A stretch of DNA of 64,000 nucleotides, taken from assembly GCF_902459465.1 (NCBI RefSeq), contig NC_047070.1, positions 620,001 through 684,000 on the forward strand. Reading direction: 5' to 3'. Every line of letters begins with the position of its first letter. Position 1 is the stretch's first letter. A program made the position numbers and the translations under genes. Shown in pieces: positions 12,540 to 23,914 of this stretch. The notes below the pieces were generated by a model that had not been told where the DNA came from, searched no databases, and saw nothing but the letters and a program-made list of their open reading frames with translations. This stretch comes from Asterias rubens (taxonomy: Eukaryota).

Positions 12540-15500
12540 TCAACTTGATCGTGGGGAAATAACACGTAGGCCAATGTAGATACTGCAAAACAACAACAAA
12601 AATACCTGATTTATTAAAAGGTATTAACTTTATATGACATGCATGATGGTTTGATGTATAGGCTAATGAAAATTATTTATAAGTTTATTTATTAACATAA
12701 TTTTAGACACATTGGTTCAACTTTGACTTTTGCTTGTGAAAAGTTTGGCTGCCATTGTTTGCTCTTCTACATGTACTTTTGTTTTGAAATGACAAGACTG
12801 TAATGGTCCAATAGCCAAACATCTTTTTCTCATGACACGCTCTGACTGTGCACATAGCGTGTGCACATTAACATTTTGGTTGGCAAAAATGAGGAAACTT
12901 CGCGATGTTTTGTACACGGCTAATTGCTGCGTGACGCATACACGATTAAGCGTCTGCTTATTGCACATCTCTATGGCGTTTGCCAACCAACACGGTCTGT
13001 ACGAATGCGTGAATGTAATTAGCATATTTTCATGAAAAGGGTCCATTGTTGAGATTTTGACATACTTACCCAAGTCCCAAGGTGAGTAAATTGGTGAGGA
13101 TGAGGGACGGAATGAACACACTCAGGACTTCAGCCGATAAGAAGTTACTTTTCATCGCTTTGGACTTGCGGATACTCAGCCGGGTGTGGTCAGGATGCTT
13201 GAAACGAAACTCCCTGAAAAATTAAACCAACAGGCTATGCATAAATACACTGATGAAGACAGTTCTCCAAAAACTAAAAGCCAAATTCTTATGTGTCATT
13301 TTCCTTCCCATTTGACATGTTTTGATGAAATCCAACTTCACACACACATGTGATTTGCATTCGAGTATATGAAGATGCTCTACCTTGTCAGACTTTTTGT
13401 TTAAATAATATGAATACATAGGCCTAATGTAAAGAACATAACTCTAGCCTGTGCATATGTACCTGTACAATGTATAGTATCTCTAATCTAAACAAATTGG
13501 TAACAAAACTAACAATGAATAAGCCTAGTTTAAACACACTAAAGTTAACGTGAAGCAAAATTTTGTGATGCAAACAATCAGTAAGCCCTGTTTTCCATAA
13601 ATTGTAGTGACTCCAAAATAATGTGCTTTTTTGTCCTCACATTTCACGATAATTTTGCAGTAGGCTTTAGAAAGTTGGGTGTGTGAAGTTTTCAGGGTGT
13701 TAGAGTTAAACCTTTACAATCTAAAATTTAGATACACGTGTACGTATTTAAAAAAAATATATATCTCTAATAAAATGTATGCCAAAGGTTTAACTTACAG
13801 GACCCTTTAAAAAAACACTTAGACAGTTCACTGACAAACTGCTTATTAAAATGATGGAGAGGTCAACAAACTATTTTAAAGGGGTACATCCCAGGGGCCT
13901 CTCTCAAATCTCTGCTTGGGGGCAGGCTCCGCGCGCTGCCAACACAGGTCAGCCTTTAAACTGCACTTTGGAGCAGTGCGTACTGCATGCAGAGCCTTAG
14001 CAGGAGCCTAAGCAGAGAAAGCCCCCATATTAATTGATACTTCAGCGGAAATGACCGAGGACATGGCCATTTGATGACCCCTTGACCATCTTATAAATTT
14101 ACCGGTACAAATTGGTCTATAAGGGCCGCAACAATGACTAAGATATTACTGTTTAAAGCAGTTACTGCATTCACATCAGGGCCCATTTCATGGCTCTGCT
14201 TCCAAAAGCACACAATCGGTGCAAGCAGGGAATTCCGTGCTTACGTCAAGCATACTTCAGGGGTTAGCAGGGAACTTTTGCTTGTGCACACTTCACATAA
14301 CTAGGCATTCTTTGCTTACACAGCTAGCACAGACATTTGGCGCTTACACAGTAAGCAGCAAATGGTGGTTGTGAACGCAGAATTTGGCGGTAAGCAGAGC
14401 CATGAAATTGGGCCGAGAAGCCTGAAGGGTAATCCCTGGTTACTGTTCAAAGGGAATTCATACAACAGAAAATAAAAACATTACCTAATAACAGGCATCA
14501 ATAGGTAAAATATCCCAAAGTGTCTCACAAAAAAATTATTTGAATCAGATTTCCTTAATGCAATCTGTAACAAGGCAATTGAATAAAATCTGAAAATAAA
14601 ATACAAAAGTGCAGAGAACCATCCAAGTACTTCAAACACATCAATAAAATACAATAAAAGGAAGTTCAAATGCAAGATGATAATGTAGAAAGCTCCCTGA
14701 AAAACAACAAATCATGTTCTGATTCACCAATTTGAAAACAAGAGAATATTCCAAGATATTTATCAAGACATTCAAATTATTTAACATTATAAAATAGTAA
14801 CATGTGACAATTAAGAACAGAAAATAAACTAAACATAAAAACACGCACTAGGGCTAGGTCAGAGGGTAAAAACCCTAGAACACAAAAACAGACAAAAAAT
14901 CATTACTTGATTTACTTACTTTGGAGGGAGTGGTTCCGGCCTGCTGGACCAATCCCAAATCCACTCTGTACCATGACCCACAGCAGTACTAGAGCCGGGT
15001 AGAAGAGGAGCCGTCTAAAACAGAAACGACAAATACCTTCACATTAAAGAAAAAACTCCAACAAAGTAGTTTCAAGCGCCAAAATGGTTTCCAGACAAAA
15101 TTTGTTTTCAGTGCAGTTGGAATCAATCTCAGGAAAGGTTCTAAAGTTAAAACATCATTTAATAACGCCAATAACTCTTATATGCAGTAGGCCTAACATA
15201 CACAGCACAAATACAGATTATTGAAATTAATACGTTGTAGGCCAATAACTAATATTAAATTAAATTCTGCTTGGTTACACATTGTTATGACATCCCTAAA
15301 CTTAGACACCCCTACGTTCCGACCCCCTAGTATATTTTCCTACTCAACCCTAACCCTAACCTTACTGTGTGAATCAAAAGGTTTTTTTTTTAACATAAAA
15401 GGGTTGTCAAAACATCAGGGATATCAGATAGAGCAGTCACTATCCACTTTAGTGAACAAAGTAAGAAAAACTCTTCTCCTGTTAAAGGAAATCAATCAAA

Positions 15501-18500
15501 ATCTCAGATATGTGACACAAGAAAATGAAGATGAAACACTGAGAATTTGACAACACAATTTGACCACCTGAAAGTTCTAGAAAAAGTCTTTGCTCTAACT
15601 TTCTTCATCTTTTTTAACTCTTTTGGTGACCTTTACAAAAGATCAAAATCAGAGCACACTGTGCATAAAAATGACTCATCAACTTTAAGAGTAATGTTAA
15701 TCGTCACATAAACTTGTATGCATGTCCTTCATTATGGTTAATAAATACATACAATTACACACAAAGATAAGAAATAAGTGCTGGTACTAAGCTACTCATG
15801 TAATATCTACATGATCTAGGGAAGTCACATTATTCATGCATTCATTTTTAAAATAGAAAATATAGTGACAGGGAATGGGAAACACACTAACATCAACAAA
15901 TTTAAAGTCACCATATTTCAGCACAATCTCAATATTAACTGAATCAGTCTGGTGACAACTTTGGGTTTGATTTTATGAATATATCAAATGCAATTTTGAG
16001 TCCGTTTTGTCACAAAATAAACACAATTCACACGGTAAAGTCTTGACTATGGCATGGACGAAGTGACAAGTCAAGTAGTGAATTTTGCGATTGTGACAAT
16101 GTACGTGTACAAATGATGCATAAAATGTTAATCGCATAGATCTTTTCCTTTGCATTACTTTCACCCCAAAAACAGAGACGAATCTTTTTTAATTCTAGCC
16201 AACGTGGAAGACCATTCTATGCAGACATTTCCTGACGTGACAAAAGTGCCATATATACCTTGTTGTGCTGTTTGGAAAAAATGTGCGGGGGAATGCTTAT
16301 TTTGAAACTAAGCCTTAATTTTAAAGTATCGAGGGCATCCATGGCAAAATAAAGGATGACACTTGACATGTGTACCAACAATCACATTACAAGGATCTCT
16401 GTGTGGTATAAGAACAGTGAGTCACCAAGGAGGTTGGAATGCATGTCTCCAGAAGGAAGAACCCCTCCATTCCAATCCATACGGCATTTTATACCCAAAA
16501 GGTCACAATGTAAAACAGAGATCACACATAAATTACCAAGGTTAAGGTTGGCATACATGAAATATGTACATACATTCCATTTTTAAATAGTATCATGCAT
16601 AAATGTGGAAAACATTCAACAACGTTCATAGCTTGAATAAAATGATAAAATAGTTCAGACTCCAAGCATCCAGAGACAGTTGTGACTGGTGTCTGTTACA
16701 GGCTGGTACAGGGTGGTATTTGGCACGTAGACATCCTAGACAGACAGCCAGGTTCTGTGTACTTCGATCTCTAGAGTATTGTTCCCAGGAAAATAAATCA
16801 AAACAACACATGATTCTAGGCAGAACTGGGTCAACTTATAGACCCAAACCCATGACCACCTGCTACATTTATGAACACTCTACAAGAAAAGTTGCAAATT
16901 AAAATTTCAAAACAGGGATACAAAGCACACAAATTGAAGGTCTGCTGGATTAAAAAAAATAGGTTTTGTTTTAAAAGTTTGACTTACCTGTGATCTGTCT
17001 GAGCCATTGCTGTAGGTAGACCCTGGGGCACTGTTGGCACCACTGCCATTCGGACTGGGTGGACCTTTGGGGCTAAAAATTACAAGCAAAAAAGAAGGAT
17101 CAGTCAAATACTCTGCTCTCAGTGTTAACATTTTAAAGGAACCCAAATTTTATTATAAGAAATCAAATGGTCTCTGTGACCTAACTGGCGGTGTGACTAG
17201 TGGTTATGATCCGACTAGAACACAGGTACGTCATGGTTCAATTCTTTTCAAACTAATCAATCTGATCCAAACATTGAGGTTACACAATCGTTTTGTTTTT
17301 AAGTAGGATTTGAAACTTTGCATGGTGGAAATAAGATATAGAAGAGTTTGCGGTAACACCATGTAATGAATCTCTAAATGAGTTGGGGTGGTTCTGAAAA
17401 GAACCGTTGGATTAACTCGACGTTTCGATCATCAGTATGCTCTGATCGTCTTTTGGAGAATGCCGTTTTGTTTTTGTTTTTCAGAACAACTCAAAGAAAG
17501 ATTTCATGCAGCAATCTCCATCAGTAATCTGCTGGCCAATCTCTAGTTTAAAAATCACCTGTCAAAATGATCTCCAAGCAGTGGTTCGGCTGGCTAGTTC
17601 ATAGCCCCCCATACTTGTGTGGCCAACTCTCTGAATCCTTGCAGAGTTGGCCACACAAGTAGGGCTAGCTTAGTGTAGAAAAGCATCCCTCTGGAAGCTT
17701 TATTTCTAAAATATGAACCATGGACCAATGAAAAAGCTGATGGACATGATGGACTAGTGAAAGTAAAACGACATGTATCTGGTCCTGCGGACTAGTTGCT
17801 AAAAAAAGATACTTGGGTAAACCCTGTCATAAATGGTGGTTCTGCAAACCTTAATATATTTTCATATTATTTCAGGCCTGTATGCTTCGTTTTTGAAAGA
17901 GCAACAACACCAAGGCATTTTCTCCTTGGTAAAGGGCACCCTTTATGAGCAAATTGTAAATTTCTACTGAAACAATTTAGGGGCACCAAGGCAGTATGAC
18001 AAGGGGGCATAGGAGCATCACCCATGTTCCCTCTGTGAAGGCCTGTAGTTTGTTTTGTACCTTCCTCCCTGAGAACTTCCCCTTGATGTTGATCTTGACT
18101 CCCTCTGAGCTTCCATCAACAGCTTTTCCATGTTACCATTGTAAATAGAGTGAGGTCTGTTGCCATCACCTCCTTCCTGATTGAAAACTACCCAGGAATC
18201 TGCAAAATAATCATGATTCAAATCCACAAAGTTTGTTATCGTAATGGTATTGATGGTATTTAATTTAATTAGATTGGAACCAAATACTGTAAAGGAATTT
18301 AAAGTCACCTGGAAGTGGTATTTTTTTCAAAATAAAGCTTTTGTCACTAATATGTGTTTTGATGAGTGGAATGTGAATAAACAGTTAGCTAAGGTTTAAA
18401 AAAATAAGTTCTTATGTTATTTACAAATTTAAGAGTAGACCCCGACCCGAGAAGGTGCTGTTCGTGACGTCAATCGAGGCAGACTTTGCCTGTAATGCGT

Positions 18501-20354
18501 AGAGTAAACACAATTGCAAAGTACATGTACGGACCAAATCGTGAGTTGGTACATTTAAAAAAAAAATGTTTTCGTTTTTTTCCGGCAATGCCGACCAGGT
18601 GTATTGCTGCTGAATGCAGAAAAACACTTTTTGAAACCAACTCACGACTTGGACGTACATGTACTTTGCACGTGTGTTTACTATACGCATTGCAGGCAAA
18701 GTCTGCCTCGATTGACGTCACAAAAGGGGTAGGCGGAGTCAGCCCCCCAAACAAATTTATATATTTTTTAAACATATAAATCGTGACAAACAATTACTAA
18801 AAAAAATGTTTTATTGTTCGTAAGCATATACATGTACTCTTATGTTTGAAAGAAAAAAAATTCTGTTTCCAGGTGACTTTAAACAAACAGTTATCAGAAT
18901 TGAGATTTATACTGCTGTACGGTTCTCATGTTATTTTTGCTTCTCTGGACTGGTGCATGTAATTGTCTGTATGCCTGGACTCTGGATGCCTGGACTGGAG
19001 TAGAAACAAGGTGATGTTCATTCATCTCAATCTCCATTGGTTCAGTCAGCAAAATACCCTGCTGGATACATCAATGCTAACAATTGATTTTGTCGATATT
19101 GTCATGGAAGTAATTGGAAATAATTATGTGTATACGGAGGATGCAAACCCCTCAAACATATTTTGGTCTAAATTTGTGTTAGTTTATTTTCAGAATCAGT
19201 ATGTATACTCCCAGAACTTTAAGATGACGTTTCGCAACAGGGAGACGTTAGCAGATCTTTTCCATTTCAATACTGATTTATACTGCCAAGAATCCATGAT
19301 GTCATATTATGTAGACCCTATTGATTTTGTCATTTGATTAATTTCAAAGGGTTGCCTCACAGTCACATCCTCCTCTAACATTATGATCGTAACCCTCCAT
19401 CCATCCTCCCGTCATCCCAACTAGTTAAGATAATCTGGATCTGGAGATGGATAAATATTCTCCCTCAATACTCTTATTATTATTATTATTATTTATTTGG
19501 CAATTCACATAAAAATACAAAAATACAAAAATTGTATACGTAAAGGATAAAACTCTTAAAAACATTAAATATATAAATATATACATCTGGATTGGAAAAC
19601 ATTAAAAAGGGGGATACATCAAGATATAAAAAAGGAGGACAGTCAGTAAAAGAGAAGACAAAGTACTACACGACTGAGGACAACAGAAAGACAACAATCC
19701 AGGTTTGCCACAGGACTGACAAAAGTGCCTGCACTGTCACCAGAGGTGTGTCAGTCCAACCTGGAAGGACAAGAGACAAACAATTTCACATAAAAACCCA
19801 GAGCAAAAGATTACAGAATAACAATACAATTACAAGAAGAGCCCATCACTCAGCCCATATAATCTTCCTCCATGATGATCAGCACAAGTGTCACTACCTA
19901 CAGCAAATAAAATTCACTGTCGAGCAAAAGTTCAAAGCATAGAGAAAAAGAGCAGTAATCTAATAACTTTATTATAAAAAAAAAACAATTTATTGCAGAT
20001 TAATTAAACAAGAACAACTGCTCGTTTGTTTGTGACCTGACCTGGTATGAGGTGTACTGTTTATTCTAAACTCAATCTAGAACAGTAAATTCACAACTTG
20101 TTGATAAATGATCAACGAGCCACGTCCCAGCATTCGAGCTGACGTTGGCGGCCACGCACTACAAACGTCATGCAGTGGCCCCTGGCCTAGAATCCAGATG
20201 TTTCTATATTGTTTTTCTAAACTAACTGCAAAATGTATACTGTGAGCCATGCATTAGAAACGAAAGACTTGGACGAAAGCACAATCAATCCAATCTATGA
20301 ATATTTACCATTTAACGATTCCTCTCCATGTCTTCGTGGTGAATTAGTAGCCAT
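12540..20354 (-). CDS. BNIP3: BNIP3/BNIP3L(NIX)-like mitophagy receptor, 6 coding exons, 183 aa
   Basis: Exons (minus) 20309-20354, 18061-18199, 16988-17072, 14920-15014, 13070-13213, 12540-12582; GT-AG, 552 nt in frame. Translation contains EESLNDSWVVF, IYNGNMEKLLMEAQRES, EWIWDWSSRPEPLPPKEFRFKHP and the TM segment VFIPSLILTNLLTLGLGIYIG. Confidence 0.92.
14179..14414. mobile_element. MITE with GGGCCC(A)ATTTCAT terminal inverted repeats
   Basis: GGGCCCATTTCATGGCTCTGCT ... AGCAGAGCCATGAAATTGGGCC; the same family occurs at 60208-60468, with fragments at about 47190-47400 and 49960-50135. Confidence 0.8.
17602..17667. repeat. Short palindromic (hairpin) element, sibling of 26903-26964
   Basis: Perfect 18-bp stem ACTTGTGTGGCCAACTCT (17613-17630) / AGAGTTGGCCACACAAGT (17643-17660), loop CTGAATCCTTGC. 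Confidence 0.85.
18303..18878. mobile_element. Non-autonomous Kolobok-like DNA transposon with THAP-like remnant
   Basis: TTAA on both flanks; 12-bp TIR AGTCACCTGGAA/TTCCAGGTGACT; internal inverted repeat of about 66 bp (18464-18529 / 18654-18721); central ATG-MPTRCIAAECRKT at 18588. Confidence 0.75.
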
Positions 20355-20410
20355 TTTCACGTCTGTTTTTATCTGTCGTATGTGGAAAACCTGTTTTTAT
20401 TACGCACGTA
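20121..20410 (-). promoter_or_regulatory. Candidate hypoxia response elements around the BNIP3 start codon
   Basis: TACGTG(CGTA) at 20401-20410, GACGTG at 20358-20363 and 20121-20126 (RCGTG core). Vertebrate BNIP3 is an established HIF-1 target. Function here is inferred. Confidence 0.4.
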
Positions 20411-23400
20411 AAGTCGTACCATACACACAGCGTTGCAATGTTTTGCTTCCGTAATCCGGACAGGGGAGACCCTCCTATTTTTAAATGGGAATGTTTACAA
20501 ATTGTTTCTTCGTTTGGTATTCCCTTTCGACATTTTAAAACATAAACAAAATATAGTAATAACAAAACTGTTACAACAAATCTAAATTTGGAAGTAATTT
20601 GAGTGAAAAGTATAAAAGTGGTATAATTTAAAAAACGTAAATAAACCCATATTGAGACGAGGAGTGTGCACTCTGTAAAACTGCGCTAAACCTGCCTCCC
20701 TTAACGTAATTAGCATAATAAATGAATATTTTGACCAATGAGAAAGCTCGAATTGGCAGGAGATAAGATGGTCCGATGAGACACGATTGACGTCATTATG
20801 TAAACACACAACATGTGGCAATAACAAACTAAAAGGAAAGGTGTGACATTTTATCCTTTTTTATGCGTTTTTTATAAACAAATGTAGTTTATTTTACTTT
20901 CAAGCTATTTTTTTCTCCCAAACCTAATAAAAAGAAATAGTATGAATGACGAACTGTTTTGTTTCTGATGAACATAAATTTAAACACTGTTTTGTAACCA
21001 ATATTTATTGAAAACGAGTAATAACAAATAACAAAAACACAACAAAAGCATCTCTCGAAAATCAATGTGCTTTTTATTTAATCAATACACTATAAGTTGT
21101 ATAATTATTATAATCTACACTATAATATTTCTCATTATAGTTGTATTTTATAATTAATATAGTCAAAGTCGTGATCAAATTACAGACTTTGGTGTCAGTA
21201 ACAGGTTACACGCATGTTACCATGCTACCACACACATGCTCTGACACCCCCCCCCCCCCCACACACACACCCCTAATTTGTTATTTTCTCATCCTGACCA
21301 TCTAACCTCAAACATGCTACCTAAACCCTGTTGTGTAGATTGAGGGGGTTAACCACCACATGGTTTTCAGAACAATATATAGGGGTGTCGAACACAGAGC
21401 TAGCAGTCAGCCCCAAAATCACAAACAATTCTTATTGTCTATAAACCAAATGGGGTGCTCTTTTCAAATAAATGTAAACAAGAAATTTCAGTGAATTGTA
21501 TGATTTGTAAAGGGAAGAAAGGGAAAATCAATCAATAGATTTTGTTTTGCCTGAAACTGATAGATTTACATGATCCTGCTTAGCAATGTGTGTAAAAATA
21601 AATTTGTGTCCAGTTAGGATTGTGAATGGTTTACAGGTATTTTAACTGTTGATTCGGTTACACAGGTAACAAATATTTTCTTGCAATAAACCTTTTTCTA
21701 ATTATGCAAATATACTTCAAGTGGTGTGTGTTTCAAAAAAGTAAAACAAATTAAAGATAAAATAATTACTCACTTCAAATATATATGTATTTTTCAAAAC
21801 AAATTATTTATATAAAAAACAAACTATAAATATTGCTGACCACTTTAAACATTCACTGTTGATATATTTATCCAATCTATCCATTCTCACATTATTCCTG
21901 CACTAATTTGTTAGTATTAGATCCAACATAAATTGTCTCAAGTTAGTTTTAGCCAACTACCATTGTTAGATGAAAACCAATGATTTTAGAGTATGATTAT
22001 AACTGTTGTTATTTTGGCAAACCCTTTTAAACAAGTAACTACGTATGTCACCTTGACTACAATCCTTGTAAGATTCCACAAACTAATAATTAATATACAA
22101 AAGGTTAAATTTGTGAAAATAGATTATGTGCATAGATATAAGTATAGTTTATAAATCTGTGTGTGCTAACCCTTTAGGCATTAAAAAAAAAAAAAAATGA
22201 CACCACACCCACCCCAATACATCCCCCACCAACACTTCTTGAAAAGAATGTCTTCACTGTCCAAGTGGACAGGGAGGAAATAATGCTTACCATTTCCAGC
22301 TAAGCAAAAATAAGCAAGACACTGGTAACTTTAATCTGATAGGAGTTGCAATGAGCAAGTTTTTCTTAGATGATTAACAATGTATATAGCAAGACTGAAC
22401 TTGGATTTTTATGTTGTTCAAAAACCTGAGGTCTTCTTATGAGGCCAAAGTTTCTGTCATAAGAAATGCTTTTGTACGATGAAATGGGTGATTTTTACCC
22501 ACAATTGTATGCCAGCTTGAAGTAACAAAAACTGTGTGCAGCAGATACATAGGTGTTAACTCTGTGCAGCAGGTGTTAGACGCACTGAATACTAATAGGA
22601 TAGGGTTCATATTTAGAAAGTTATCAATTCATAAACCAAGTGAAGTTAGTAAGTGTTTTGTGATTTTGCTCGAATATGGTACATAAATCAAGGTTACATG
22701 TAAAACAAGAAGCTCCTCTGTTGTACATTGGCTTTTTCCTTATTAAAAGTATAATGTTTTATAATAATTAATTACTTTTTAATTGTGATTGGTCATTGCT
22801 AAATATAAACTCCTAAATGGCCAAACAGAAAAGATCCATGCACAGTACATAAGTAGAACATAGTATTGTGTTGTAAATCATTACATGTTTGTTTCTGCTT
22901 GATCATTATTATTTAACCCATTTCCTAACTCATACAACCTTTATTGAGTTACCTTTACTCCAAAACAATAGCAATGTTCCAAAGTATGACATCCAACTTG
23001 TTTTGTTTTAGTCTCCCATGTACCTACATCTTATCAGCTACATCATGACAGTTAGTCATCATTACATTGTGATGATGCACTCTTTGAATCAGACCTTTGA
23101 ACAAAGTTTCTACAAACCAAACTCTGATGAAAATAAATCCGTCTAAACGGTCTTTATCTGGCATTACACAGAATTGGTGAGAATAAAAAACTCAGATCTA
23201 GGACTCTGTATCTGTGTAGAGCACAGACGTAGACGCACAGTCCTACACGGGGCTATCATAGGAGTCAACATTATTTCAAGGGTGTTCAATCTTGAAATTT
23301 TACAAGGAAGGCAAAGGAGGGGTCACAATAAAAGATTTAGGCACAAGATGCCGAACTGAAGCTTTATCTATTTTTAAACGTGAAACACGCATGGGCGTCA

Positions 23401-23914
23401 TTTCAGCATGTGAATGTTTTGTTTCCCATTGATAGGAATGGTCATTGTCTGCACTGATCCGCACTGATCAATTGTTGTATCAAAAGAGTTACTTGCCGAA
23501 ATGGCATCCAGTGGGATTTTACATTTCAGCACGAGTTCCGCAGCTAGCGCTCCATAATCTTTGGTCACAACCGGATAGACCTTTATCATGGTGCAGCCAT
23601 CTTGAATTTCTCCCGTTGATATCAATGTAACCAAACCGAGGCTGGAAAAACAAAATAGTCTGGTATCCTATTAGCAACGTTGTTATTAGCATTCATTGTT
23701 GTTATTGGATACAAGGAACTGATCAAGATGGAGGCAGCATGATAAAAAGTCTATAATGCCTCATTAAAAGAATTGATCAAAATTACACAGTCAAGTGTAA
23801 TGTACTTTATTCAAAAATAGAGTAAGCAATAGATGCTTACGTTCAAATCTAGCTGCAATTTGAGGATGGGTGGTCAAGAGAAATTAAAGCATGTAAAAAG
23901 TGCTAGTTTAGGCT

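Noticed and set aside
18963-19337. 124-aa plus-strand ORF
   Set aside because: No recognisable domain, non-ATG start, antisense within a BNIP3 intron.
19854-19898. Alternative BNIP3 first coding exon MEEDYM
   Set aside because: It is followed by GCTGAGT, not a valid donor; exon 20309-20354 (MATNSPRRHGEESLN, GTAAAT donor) fits far better.
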